The notes: generated by a model not told the origin, from the letters alone. Shown: positions 50,619-62,864, numbered from the whole stretch's first letter. The stretch: 62,884 bases of DNA, filler included, from Rhabdomonas costata (GCA_019059605.1; 25 parts of 25 records of this genome joined end to end with filler, not necessarily neighbours in it), one strand, 5' to 3'. Numbers and translations are program-made.

Positions 50619-52576
50619 CTAGCACGGTGTAGGAGATGCGGTAGTCGCAGCCGAAGTTGCCCACCATTACGCGCGCCGTGTTTATCCCACAGCGGAACCT
50701 GAAATCCCGTGCAAAGAGTGAGCGAGAGCGTGTGTATGAGTGTGCGAGAAGAGAGGCACAAACTGCTGTTTTGAATGTCGTTCTGCCTCCCCCAGGGACT
50801 TCGGGCTTTAGGGTTAGGGTTAGATCCCCAACTCGCTTCCTGGGGTGTGGTCTGTTCCGTCCCAAAATGATCTGAAAGGGGGCTTTTCAGATATCTCCCC
50901 AGGACGACAAAAAGAGAAATCCATGTGCGCGCTTACACATACAAGACACCTTGGGTGTACAAACCATTGTTTTGGTGGAGGTCAGAGCTGGGTGGCCTCT
51001 CTTCGACTCTTCTTGGCGCAGGGCATTTACTTACACATAGATACACACATACGCATACCTGAGAATAGGCATGGGCTCGCCCTGCCAGCTGTCGCACAGC
51101 CGGAGCAGCTCCTCTTGCATCCGCAGCGCGGAGTGGCATGCCGCCCTGGGGTGGCCCGGCAGGGTGCGGGGGGCATTCCACAGCGCCATGATGCAGTCCC
51201 CAATGAACTGTGAGGGACAGAGGCACCACAAACGGCTCCCGACGAGCTCACCTTTACTCGTTGAGTCGAGATCTTCGTGTGGAGCGGTGTTCATGCTTTT
51301 CCCAACATGGCCACCCAGCGTTTTGGGAGACCCAACATGTATCCAAAAGACCCCGGGGCTGCTTCGGCACACATTTTACCATTTTCCCCAACATGGCATA
51401 TGATGAAGATATGCAGTAGTAAAAGTAAAACCGAAGTTGTCAGCCAGCTCGGGGAGGTGGAAGCAAGCAAACGCCTTGCGAAGTTCCTTGAAAACCTGAA
51501 CCTTTATCAGACATGGAAAAAAAGCTTTGTCAGAGCTACACAGCAAAGGGCTTCAGATTGAACATCACCTCGACGTGAACGGGTTGAGAATGTGCACATG
51601 GAATGCACTCCAGCTGAGCTTGATACCAGGAAAAGGTGGGTGACCACAGTGAAAGTGGTACACGAGGCATACGCAAGTACACATGGCAACCTTGTCCAGC
51701 ACTCCTCCCGTGCGCACGATCACCCCGCACATCGCCTGCAGGTACTCCGTGGTGACCCGCCGCAGCACCTCGGGCTCCACCTCCTCGCACAGCGTGGTGA
51801 AGCCCACAATGTCCGAGAACATCACCGTCACCACTCGCCACCCCATCGCCCCGCCATCCCCGCTCATCGCGCCGCTCATCAGCATCCGTACCACGTCCCG
51901 CGGCACGTACTTCGCGAAGGCCTCCAGCCCGCTGTCCAAATATAAAAACATGTGATGCATTGGGCTCAAGTGATGAGGGTGGGAAAAAGAAAAGCTATCG
52001 TTCTGTGTCCCAGGGGTTGGCATGGCGAAGGAGGGGCATCCCTTTACAGGTGCAGAAACGTGGGGTGGAGTGAGGCAAGGACGTGGAATGCTCCGGTACA
52101 GCGGTGGACTACCCCTGGGTGTCGTTTTCACGGCTGATGTTCCACCTCGTTTAGAGAACGCCTCTGAAGAGGATCTCTCGGAAACCAGCTGCTGCAGGGT
52201 TAAAGAAACGAGGCTACGTCGGCTCGGCTCGCTACTGACTGCCTGTGAAGGTAAAAGTCAAGCCACACCGCCCAAGGGCTCCGAAAGACCGCTGGCACCG
52301 CGAGACCTCCGCCAATAGCGAGCGGTCCGTAGAGTGCTGCTCAACCGCGGCACACCGCAGGTCGAGCACGGCCAGCTGGTCCATCCCATTCGCCAACTGG
52401 GCCAAGGGCCGGGACAGCAGCAGAGAGGCCCCCACCGCGAACACCGCCGCCCCCACCACCACAGTGCACAGCACAATGATTAGGGTGCGGTTGGTGGCGC
52501 TGATGTGGGATTCCACCACGGTCATCTGCTGCCGTACCGTGCCCAGCCGGGACTGCTGGTCCATCAGGACGTACAC
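50619..52576 (-). CDS. Receptor adenylate cyclase: TM, HAMP and class III catalytic domain, partial
   Basis: Exons 52576-52269 (TM, LSRPLAQLANGMDQLAVLDL), 51931-51691 (AFAKYVPRDVVR..VTVMFSDIVGFTTLCE..GGVLDK), 51207-51059 (FIGDCIMALWNAP) and 50698-50619 (FRCGINT..GNFG..YTVL). Confidence 0.95.
50808..50823 (+). repeat. Short intronic TTAGGG tract
   Basis: ttagggttagggttag. Confidence 0.6.
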
Positions 52577-53281
52577 CTGCCACCGCACTGCGGAGTACTG
52601 TGCAGGTGCACACATGGCGAAAGCCCTAATGTACGTACACCTTTGGGCCCAGCAACAGGGTAGTGGAACACGGAAACGTCCATACGCAACAGTTGGCAAC
52701 GGAAATTGCAATTGCAACGTGGTGGGCTCCGCACCAAATTGCTTCGCGTGAAGATAAGAGACAGAAACTTTCAAAATACCACATAAATAAGCATAGCGGA
52801 CGTTATGCTTTCGTTGCCCACACCCACNNNNNNNNNNNNNNNNNNNNNNNNNNNNNNNNNNNNNNNNNNNNTTAATTAATTAANNNNNNNNNNNNNNNNN
52901 NNNNNNNNNNNNNNNNNNNNNNNNNNNCACTTTCCGGCCGTACTGGAAGTGTTGGGATGCGCATTGAAGTGATATTTCACGGAGATTGACCCCCTTTTGA
53001 CCCCCCTTTTGGGACCTCTTTAAAACTGGGCATTAGCGTCTTTTTGGAACGTAATAGCGAAAAGTGGAGTAGTTTACTTCCTGATTGGATTTAAAAACTT
53101 CTCAATATTCTCAGTTTTGGTGTGCAGCGGACCATAACACTGGAATTACTGCTATTTTGGTGTCTTTTTTCTACGGCCTAATTCCACAATATGCTTTGTT
53201 GCACGTGGAATTGCCTTTCTCTCCATCTTTGGATGTTTTCATGGTCTGCTTTCTCTTTTCAGTTCACTTGTAAAACTGTTC

Positions 53282-54958
53282 ATGGCGACGCATCTTAAGC
53301 ACCGTGCTGAGCGGGTTTTTCTTCAGTTCTCGAGTCTCTGTGGAAAGCCTTCGCTGAGCTTTGCTGAGCTTCTTTCTGAGTTGGCAACTTTTGATATAAC
53401 GTCTGCCTCGTTCTCCTTTCATCAGTGCATGGAATTGGTTGAGTCGAGCACCCATCTGCTCCGAGAGCTTTCGTTCTTTCAGGGCAGTGGGACTGAACAA
53501 AGTTTAGACGTCTTCGCGCGGGTTAAACTCCTTCGTGGCCATCTGTTTGTTTTACAAGGTAGATGCGTACAAGTCCGCCCTGCTGCAGCGTCGGAAAGAG
53601 GAGCTCTGTTCGGTTTTGACCTTCAGACGCTTAGTGAGTTGGCCATCCGTGATGCTGAGGAGGTGCTTCGGCTTCCGCTTCAAAGCCCTGCCGTCTCTGG
53701 ACCTGTCCCGAGCCCGGAACATCCCGTCCCACCCCTTGATGCCAAAAGAGAGGCCTTTCTTCTTCGGATTGTAGCTTCGAGCTTGGGCCTTTCCCACTCC
53801 TTGAGAAAGTTTGTCCTCGACGCACTGCATCACTATCCGACGGATCAGACTTTTATTGGTTATCTCTCTTTTTGTGGAGAGGTGCCACGGCCGTCGCGAT
53901 CTACTTCGGGAGACTTAGCAGAAAAAGGGGACACTTCGACTTCGGCTCAGTCTGTGAAACCCGCAGCTCCCGTCTGTGTGGAGGACTGGGAGTGCACACT
54001 TTGCTCGCGCCTGTTCCTGGATCCTGTCACGACTGCTTGCGGGCACACGTTTTGTCGCTCTTGCTTGGCTTTAGCCCTTGACCACTCCACCACAGGTGAG
54101 CAGGGGCGCGCCCAGTCCTGCCCATTGTGCCGAGGTCCGCTGCACATGGATCCCCATCACCATCCTGTGAGCGTGACCCTGCAGCATCTCATCGAGCAAT
54201 ACCTTTCTGATGAGCTCCAAAAGCGCATGGAAGAAGATGCCCAGGTCCATCACGCCCGGGAAGAAATGGGAGATCCGACTGGGCAAGACGTTACCCTTCC
54301 CTTGTTTGTGTTGAGCTTGGCCTTTCCAATGATGCCTACCAATGGCTTGAACGTTTTTGAGCCTCGATACCGGCTGATGATTCGTCGCTGTTTGGAGGGC
54401 TCTCAAAGATTTGGAATGGTCTCCCATGTGCATGTCGCTCGGTGGGATGAAGAGTGTGCTCAGATTCGGAGTGCAGAGGAAGCAGCCGGTCGGTCCACAG
54501 GTCATGGCATACCCAACTTAGTGGGCTCGATATGCAAGATTACATTTTCTTCTGTGCAGCCGGATGGCCGGATAGCCTTGCAGTACGATGTGGAAGAGAG
54601 ATTTCTTGTGCGGCAGATGTGGGAGCTGGATGGCTACCGCGTGGCCCAAGTGAAGCTTCTGAAAGACCAAGAGACTTCATCTTCAGAGCAGGCGAAGGAA
54701 AAGGTTCATGAGCTTCTCAGTCGTGTTGTTCCGTTAATCCGATTGAGTACCTCCGAAAGGAACCGGATAATCAGCCAGAGCTTTCCTGAGCAACAGTCCT
54801 TGTTTCTGCTTGGGGTGCTAGCATCTGTGCTGGGGGATGAAAGTAGTGCGGAAATTCAGCTTGGGATGATGACCACCAGTTTGGTAGAGAGAGTTCTCCT
54901 CCTGGAAGCTCTTGTTCAGCGAGCCTCTCAGACAAATGCAAGGTGCTCCATAATGTGA
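53282..54958 (+). CDS. LONRF: LON peptidase N-terminal domain and RING finger protein (LONRF-like E3 ligase), intronless, 558 aa
   Basis: RING-HC (CTLCSRLFLDPVTTACGHTFCRSCL...CPLCR) followed by a LON substrate-binding domain (LPLFV..LAFP...LNVFEPRYRLMIRRCLE...FGM; DGR; DGYRVA). Confidence 0.93.
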   Translation: MATHLKHRAERVFLQFSSLCGKPSLSFAELLSELATFDITSASFSFHQCMELVESSTHLLRELSFFQGSGTEQSLDVFARVKLLRGHLFVLQGRCVQVRPAAASERGALFGFDLQTLSELAIRDAEEVLRLPLQSPAVSGPVPSPEHPVPPLDAKREAFLLRIVASSLGLSHSLRKFVLDALHHYPTDQTFIGYLSFCGEVPRPSRSTSGDLAEKGDTSTSAQSVKPAAPVCVEDWECTLCSRLFLDPVTTACGHTFCRSCLALALDHSTTGEQGRAQSCPLCRGPLHMDPHHHPVSVTLQHLIEQYLSDELQKRMEEDAQVHHAREEMGDPTGQDVTLPLFVLSLAFPMMPTNGLNVFEPRYRLMIRRCLEGSQRFGMVSHVHVARWDEECAQIRSAEEAAGRSTGHGIPNLVGSICKITFSSVQPDGRIALQYDVEERFLVRQMWELDGYRVAQVKLLKDQETSSSEQAKEKVHELLSRVVPLIRLSTSERNRIISQSFPEQQSLFLLGVLASVLGDESSAEIQLGMMTTSLVERVLLLEALVQRASQTNARCSIM

Positions 54959-55627
54959 GCATGAATCGCCATTTACTTCGTTTTTCTGAAGTAAAATTTA
55001 ACTTCCAGTTGAGGATATCTCCCTTCACATCACGTTCATACTTTGTTGGATGCAGATGTGGGGTTGCCTCTCGGAATTAGTTGGCTATTACTTTTTTCAT
55101 CTTGTGTTCACACATACCCCAACACAACATTACGTTTTGCTTCTACGCTTATGTACACTAACAGTCAGTTTGGTTTCGCCTCCGCAACCCATACCGATAA
55201 AGTTATGCGAACTTTCAGCGCTTCAGAAAGCCCTGCTGTCAGCTTCATTGCTGTGAAGCAAAACGTAATGTTGTGTTGGGGTATGTGTGAACACAAGATG
55301 AAAAAAGTAATAGCCAACTAATTCCGAGAGGCAAACCCACCCNNNNNNNNNNNNNNNNNNNNNNNNNNNNNNNNNNNNNNNNNNNNTTAATTAATTAANN
55401 NNNNNNNNNNNNNNNNNNNNNNNNNNNNNNNNNNNNNNNNNNTCTTTTATTCTTTTTCGATGATACTGTCGGTGGTGGGGAGGAGCCCTGCGGCCGCATT
55501 GGCTTTGGTTTGGGGACTGTCTGAAAATCTGAAAATCTCGGTCCATTAGGGGCATTAGGATCGGAGTAAAAATTCACTTTATCCGGTGGCCTTGCCTATG
55601 CTGCGAGGGGTTTCTTTGCGACGCCAG

Positions 55628-56559
55628 ATTCGCGTGGACATCAGCAAGGTGAAGGCTGGTAAGGTTCGCGCCATGCTGAACGACGAGGCGCGGGGTGATC
55701 CTCTTGATTACCCGCTTCGATGGCACTCCAAGGGGCGGCCAGAGTACTTCCAGGCATGTTCCTACCCTTGCGTTGCCCAAAGCACGAGGCGAAAGCTCGA
55801 CACTCACACACCAATACTTCCTTGCTTTAATTGCTGCTCAGCATTCCTCAGAAATTAGCGTGTTCAATGGTTGTGAAATTATGAATATTTTCGATTTAGG
55901 AGATTCAGCAGGTTTTTGGGTTGTAGGGCGCCATCATGTTAGGAATTCGAGTTTGACCGAAGCGCCGTAGAGAAACTCGATGAAACTCGATTTGCACAAC
56001 GAGGTGAGCTTTGCACCATAGGACAAGAACTCACTTTTGCTTCTCAGCTTTGGGATGGGAGAAAAACAGCCCGACCGTTCTTATGCTTTTTTTCGAGATT
56101 TGCTGCGATTTCGGCGATTCAGCGTTCTCTCTCCTCTGCTCACAATTGAGCGAACTACCTTCCACACATTCACCCCCGCACAGCCGAGGGAGAAGTTCGG
56201 CCTTCACACCTTGTTGGCCAATCCCATGCTCCTGATGACCGCCTTTGTCGCTGGGGCGGCCTTCTTGCTTCCCAAACTCGGTGCTTTTCTGTTTGCCTCT
56301 TGACGGAGCCTGGTTGCTGGTTTGCGCGCAGCGAAGTGTGAGTCTGGTGTCTTCTGCCGGGTGGACCGAAAGAATTGCCGGTGGACACGGAAGGACGACA
56401 TTTTCAGATGCTCTGCGCACCCCTTCCGTTTTGCCTTGTGTTTGCGTAGCGGATCAGGATCAGATGAATGAGCAGATGAAGACAATGATGGGGCAACTGC
56501 AGCAAGCCCAAGCCCAGGGGCAGCAGTCCCGGACGCCGCCGCCGGAGTCCTTGCGGTAG
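55628..56559 (+). CDS. EMC7: ER membrane protein complex subunit 7-like, C-terminal part
   Basis: Exons 55628-55753 (IRVDISK..GKVRA..YPL...PEYFQ), 56184-56280 (PREKFGLHTLLANPMLLM...LLPKL) and 56450-56559 (to stop). Confidence 0.85.
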
Positions 56560-57378
56560 CCGCTTCCTGCTTACCGAACAGCTCTGCACGTGCTCCGAGT
56601 TGTATGCACTTACTTCGTTTAGGTTACGCTGCTACTGTGTCCATGTGTACACCTTTGGACAAAAAGACAAGAAGTGAGTGATGCTTGTTGATGCCGGGGT
56701 TTGCCGCGGGGATTTCGTTGGGTAAAGGCAGCCGCACTAATGCAGTGATAATGAAGCTGAGCCGGAAAAATTTTAAGGACTCTTACAAATGTTGCTGTGA
56801 ACCGGCAGCTCATTCCTAAAGAAATCTCCAGTCTGGTGAATACCTCGGAACGACTTTGTTGCTCTGTTCCATTTGGTAGAGGCCCTCTGCTGTCACTCTC
56901 TAAAGTTACCGTGCCATTAATATGTAAGTAACAGTTCGCGGTGCTGAAACGATGGGGAAAAATGAGAAGGACCCACGGAAGGTGAAAAATCTATCTTTCA
57001 AGCAAGAGTGTCGAGAGGAAGGTCGACACAAACCTTCCTCGTACAGAGCCAATGCTTCGGCAAACGCCGCGTCCGCTGGAGACCGCGCGGGGTCCACCCC
57101 ATGCTCAATGGTGTACATCCACTCGTCATTCACACGGCATCCATTCCGAGGCAGCAGCTGGTAAACCGCCAAGGAAATTAAGGCCTTGAAGCTCGACCTC
57201 CTGAGAGAAAAGTGGTACCTCAAGCTCTATGCAAAATGGCCACGAATAGATGGGAAAAACATTTTCATGAATAATCTGATGTTAGTGTGAGGTAAATGGT
57301 CATCTGTCTGCAACTGTGCTGATGTTTCTGCCTTGAAAACAACAGCACTTAAACCTCGGACCGTTAATTGACGCTCAC

Positions 57379-57735
57379 CCTAGGCGAAAAGCAGCAGTAC
57401 CTGCCACGTCCACCCATGTCCAGCTCGCTCCCAGGCTCCGAAGACTGTCTCGGTAGCGCACAGGAACCTACGAGCGGCGCTGCACTTGCCGGCTCTATCA
57501 CCGGAAAGGGCTGCGGAAGAGACGAAGAGGAGGACAGAAAGTCTAAACTGGACGACGTCAGCGAACGCACAGAGACTGCCCCATGCAAAAGGGCTGGTGG
57601 AAGTTCTTCCGCGGGCACCAGGTCCACTAGCCTGACCTGGGCCATGTGTTGCACTTGCGCCCTCGTGGCGCGGTCGCACGCCACGCCCACCCCTAACCGC
57701 CGGGCATGCCGGGCAAGGAAGTACACCGTGGTCAC
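57379..57735 (-). CDS. Exon of hypothetical protein
   Basis: AG/GT-bounded open frame VTTVYFLARHARRLGVGVACDRATRAQVQHMAQVRLVDLVP...; no family recognised. Confidence 0.45.
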
Positions 57736-59539
57736 CTGAAAGGAAAGAGCCAATGCCAACGGGGCAGGCCAGCCACCACAGTCACCGATGCAGCAACACC
57801 TGCAACAACTCACCAACCGCAGCACCTACTCAGCCAACCCCTCACTCAAAAAACACNNNNNNNNNNNNNNNNNNNNNNNNNNNNNNNNNNNNNNNNNNNN
57901 TTAATTAATTAANNNNNNNNNNNNNNNNNNNNNNNNNNNNNNNNNNNNNNNNNNNNTGAATGACGAAGTAAACCAACCGGCCAGCGTGGCAGTCTGGTTT
58001 ACAACAGCAGCTGGGTGGCTTTTTTTGTCAGGAAATTTTAGTTTCATCTAAAAAAGTGCTTTTGCAACTGCCGATGATCAGGTTCGCTGTACAGACGTGC
58101 ATTGTTCGGTTTGGTACGTGCCCAAGTGCCCTTCGCGTTAGCTCTTGCCGAGGGAGGAGGGTGGTAAAAGGGACAAAAGACATGTGGCATGAACTGTCCA
58201 CGTTTTTATAAAACAGGATGGCAGGATGACCCTGTTTGGCGAGGGCAGTCCTTCATGTGATTGTTGCGGGGATTTTTTTTCTTGCTTGCTTTTTGCATGT
58301 GACGTGCTGCCGACGCTTTTGATTTGTTCTGCGTCCTTGAACCCCTGAAGAAGAGGTGAGGGTTCCGAGAGACCACATCTGTCTTTGCTCCTCAAGCGGC
58401 ATCCACAAACCACACCCGTACAGAGTCGCACAAACACACACATACACGGACAGAATCGTACAAACTCATTCCACTCCCTGCGCACATATAGACCCTTCGT
58501 CCCTCTTTCCCTCTCTCACTTTATCATTGCCAATTGCCGTGCACGCTGTCCGCGGTGGGTGAACCTTTGCACTGGGTCTTAGTCGCTGTGAGTTCTGAGC
58601 TCATCATAGCAGTGAAGGATGGGGGTGTGGTTGTCATGCCTTTTTGTTGAAATAGCTTGAAAGGACGTAAAAGAAAACACCATCTCAGTGAGGGAGAGAT
58701 TGAAAAGTTCATGGCGTCATGGTACACCCTCTTGGACTCTTTTCTTTTTGGAAGAAAAACTCACTCAGTTACTTAATGCTGAATGAAGAGTGCTCAAATG
58801 ATGAAGAGCCCCTCACTCGGCCCAAACTGTTGACAGATAAGGTACAAGTGAAAATCTTCACCTTTCGAACGCGATGCAAATGTTGTACTGCAAGCATTTT
58901 CCGTGTGGTCTCATTGCTGGCTCGAAATTATTTCGCCTTGACTCTTCCTCCTGACACCGCGGCCCTGTGGCCCACTTTCTCTCATCCATCCACACTGATG
59001 TTTCCCCTTTTTGCAGGCAGCGTGTTTGAAATTTCAGTGTGTCTGTGCACACCGTGCCCGCGGCAATGGAGCAACTCTTGCTGCAGAGGCTTCAGGTGAG
59101 CTCCCAGGGCTGGGAGACCACATCTTGCACAACCTCGAAATCCCGTACCAGTGGAGCCGTGCACACCACACAGCTGGTCGAGAAGAAGCCCCAGGGAGTC
59201 AAGGATCCCGCCTCAGGTTTTCGGCTGTTGCACGCACCGGCTTGACAGAGCTCAGGAGTTTCGGTTTCGATAATTCCTTGTCTGCCGGGAAAGCTGGGAT
59301 GAAGAGCACCATCAGGATTTTTGCTTTTATCGACGTTTACGTGACTTTTTTTTTTGAAGAGGTTAGACAAATGGTATAAAAAAAAAGGCTATCGGATTTC
59401 TGTGATATTGGGGTTTTTTTCGGAAAATATGAAGTCCAATTACATGAGCAAAACCGGAGTTTATGGTGAGCTGGGGTGGGCCGAAACATACCTTTGTGTG
59501 TCTCTATGTGCTTCTCGGTCACGACTTTTCTCCTTGCAG

Positions 59540-59775
59540 CGATGGCTGCCCTGGACATGCTGCAGGTGAAGAAGGTCGAGCAGAGGCCCTGGAAGACCCT
59601 TCAGGGCGCGCTCCCCACGGACAGTGCACGGGCAATTACGTTTCCCCGCGAGGATCCTGGTGCCTCGGTGGGGTCGTCAGTCATCTACTCCCCGCCACGG
59701 CAGGGCAGAGCCGCCCTCCCACTCACAGGCACGACCGCTGCGGGCGGGGCGGATGCGGCATTATTCAGCGAGTCG
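59540..59775 (+). CDS. Exon of hypothetical protein
   Basis: ttgcag acceptor, then a high-GC frame MAALDMLQVKKVEQRPWKTLQGALP... Confidence 0.4.
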
Positions 59776-60477
59776 GGTGGTGCCCCCCTTCCCTGCTCAT
59801 TCGTTTCCTGTGCTTCGGAAACGTCTGCAGTAACCTGCAGCGCTTCTTGCACATTACTTTTGATAGTTTTGGTGAGTGGGATGCCCACATTGAGCTTTAG
59901 CTAATTCTGAAAACCTTCCAATTGTACCGACGCAGGGAACTTTATCCTGTGTGTTTATTTGACCCCCTCCCCCCGAGCATGTAAGATATGCAAGGAACAA
60001 CGGCAGCGAGACAGACGTGCTTTCACCATGACATCCTTGTCCACAAGCAGATACAAAATGCTAATGCTCCTCGAAATAGTTCTCCAAATAGTTCTCGAAA
60101 CATTTCATGCCTTTTTTTTTTGCCTTTTTTGCCAGCCAGCCAGCCAGCCAGTCCACAAGTGGTTGTCCAGTCAAACTGACCCTCCAAAATATCTCATGTC
60201 GTTCTCATTCACGCTAGCTGGCGCACCAACAGCACGCATCCATCAGAGATGCTCTGCAAATGGTGTCTTTTGGGGGATTGCTGCTGCCACTGCTTGTCAG
60301 CCGAAACCCATCATACGCACCATTTTGAGAGGAAACCGTTGACCTGAAGGTATCATCCCCCCCAAAACCNNNNNNNNNNNNNNNNNNNNNNNNNNNNNNN
60401 NNNNNNNNNNNNNTTAATTAATTAANNNNNNNNNNNNNNNNNNNNNNNNNNNNNNNNNNNNNNNNNNNNGTTGGGTT

Positions 60478-60630
60478 GGGACGTTTCCGAGTCCGAAAGA
60501 ATAAACTCCGGAAACCACATCTTAGCGCTTCTTTCGGACTCGGAAACGTCCCTTACCCTAACCCTAACCCTAGCGCTTCTTTCGGACTCGGAAACGTCCC
60601 TTACCCTAACCCTAACCCTAACCCTAACCC
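60478..60630. repeat. Hairpin plus tandem 48-bp units containing CCCTAA telomere repeats
   Basis: A 24-bp perfect inverted repeat (60478-60501 / 60529-60552); the unit tagcgcttctttcggactcggaaacgtcccttaccctaaccctaaccc occurs at 60523 and 60571, the second extended by more CCCTAA. Confidence 0.92.
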
Positions 60631-60868
60631 AGGGTGGTAAATAAACGTCTGCTCTGTAAAAAAGAGAATGTGAAGGAGCATGCTGGTACAGCACACTCAC
60701 AGTCACGGATGATCTCAAGCAACGTGAGAAATGGCTGTGACTTCACAGTCATTCCGGTGGAGGCATCGCGCACTACCTAAAATGGATGTGAGAGAATGTA
60801 TGCACACCAACGGAAGGCACCCCCGCACACAAAAAAGGTGACGGAGGAAAGAATTAACTATTGCGAAC

Positions 60869-61293
60869 CCGCTTGTCGATCAGCACCACAGAGCGAGACT
60901 TCTCATACTGCAGCTCCTCCTGAGTGACCCTCTTCGAGAGCTCAGCGTTCCAGAACAGGTCATCGTCCAGAGGCGCGTCCGACAACTGCAGTAAGAGCAG
61001 CAGTAGCAGCAGGGGACAATATAGAAGCAACGTCGGACTGATATTTTACGACAGGATCCATCCTGTCTCACGCACAGGCTGAACCCCCCCCCCCAAAAAA
61101 AAAGGGGGCCATGATTATCGCTATCGCCATGATTATCGATATGACGTACCTTAGGGTCCAGCATGCCCTGCACCAGAGCGGAGGAGGGGATTCCAGAGTC
61201 CTCCGTGGTGTGGACATCGGAGACAGGCCGCATCCTGCGCTTCTGCTTCTGGGCCCGCGCCAGGGCTCGGCCTAGCTGGTAATTCTTTGGCAT
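60869..61293 (-). CDS. LSG1: Large-subunit GTPase LSG1-like, N-terminus
   Basis: Exons 61293-61150 (MPKNYQLGRALAR...VHTTE) and 60985-60869 (LDDDLFWNAEL...EK) resemble the LSG1 N-terminal motifs LGRAL, LHTxE and LDDFL..AEL...EK. Confidence 0.62.
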
Positions 61294-62319
61294 TTGTCAG
61301 AAGAATTCAGGAGAGAGACCGAGCTGATGCCGAAGCCCGACAAATCCCAAAATAAAAAGTACTTCTGAAACACAGCAACAATGCCCACAACCCGTGGCAC
61401 TCAGGCCATCTGTATCTGCCACCCATGCTCTTTCCAGACACACAGGACTGCACCATGAATAAAAGTCTGGGGTCATCACAAGTGGTCCGTTCAAAGAAAC
61501 AACCAGTGCCAGAAAATTAAATAACCGAACGCAGGCCACCAAGCCGTAGAAGAAACGGCATCCCCAAAAGCCAACGCATATTCAACCTTCGGGTCCCAAG
61601 CTTTGAACAACTTTCTTTCGAGAAAATATACTGGGACATTTTATAGGGGACACCCAGTACATTTCTCCTTTTTTTTACCCCATTTTTACAGCGCGGTGAC
61701 GGTGAGGTCAAACGTCTGACCCAATAGTACTCACCAACAACGCCGTCATTTCAGGAGCAAAATATGATGGCCTTAAACGGAAGGTATTTCGAGGTGGAAA
61801 TCAATCATCAATTAAAACAAAAAGGAGACAAAAAGCACTGTTTCCGGCGACATGAAACAGCCAAACCTTCCCCTGAAAGGTTTTGAATGACCAAGAAGGG
61901 GTCCAGGACACTAACTACAGCATTTCCATTAACGCTCTCCTCATGAAAGGTGTCGAAACATCTGAATAATTTCATGCTGGTCAGCTGGAGGCCTCCCTCA
62001 CCTCAAGTGGCTCTTCCATAGATACCATGGAAACATCCACTGACAAGCGAGTTGGCTTGCCCCACAACTTTTTTATCGGGAACCCAGACCGGAGAGATTG
62101 CTGAACATACGCAAACCAGTGTTGCAATTGGCGATTCGGCGTTCCTCTTCCGAAGAATTTGAGATGAGCATTTTTCAGTTACAGCACATCGTGGAAGTGC
62201 AAAGACGGCACAGCGGGCAGCACAATCCCGAGCCCAGCCAGCAAACTGTTACTCCGGAAATTATGAATGAACATAATACGCACTCTAGTGTTCCGACATC
62301 AAAGACATCAAGTCAGTGG

Positions 62320-62864
62320 TCATCTCCCCACTTGGCAAACATGCTCGTAGTCAAAGACCTGCAGCTGATTGTGGATCTGCAGCATAACCCTAGTGGTGGC
62401 GATAAACAATACAGTGGCAAAAGTCCGAACCCGCTGAAGCGGTTTGTGGCCTTTTGCACACAATCGATCCACAGCAGCCGTGATCATGTGATTATGGTAA
62501 CGATGCAAGATTACAGTTGCCCATTGCCGATGAATAATGCAGCTTTCTCGAGAGCCCACAGTTCATAGTTCAGGCCGTCACAGCCCACATACAGCCTAAT
62601 CCCATGTTGGCAGAAAGTGTTCGCTCCTGGATCCCAACATTTCAAGCTTCACTTTCACTGAACGACTCCCCATATATGGAAACCGACGAGAATCGAGAAA
62701 CAGACGCAACATCAAGCAATTGAAAGTGGCATCAGCATACGTCTGCTTGGCGCTGTCCCTGGTGTGGATAGGAGCGGTGTAGCCCCTGTACTTCCCCCGC
62801 AGAACCATCACATCTGTCCCAATGGTCTTGGGGACAATAGTCTCCAGCATGGCCTCCGTGACCC
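62320..62864 (-). CDS. GPKOW: G-patch/KOW splicing factor GPKOW/MOS2-like (KIN17 less likely), C-terminal KOW domain
   Basis: Exons 62864-62741 and 62389-62320 join to give VTEAMLETIVPKTIGTDVMVLRGKYRGYTAPIHTRDSAKQTVMLQIHNQLQVFDYEHVCQVGR*. Confidence 0.72.

Noticed and set aside
60523-60630. CRISPR-like repeat-spacer pattern
   Set aside because: Only two units, the 'spacers' are telomeric repeats, no cas genes are present, and the context is eukaryotic.
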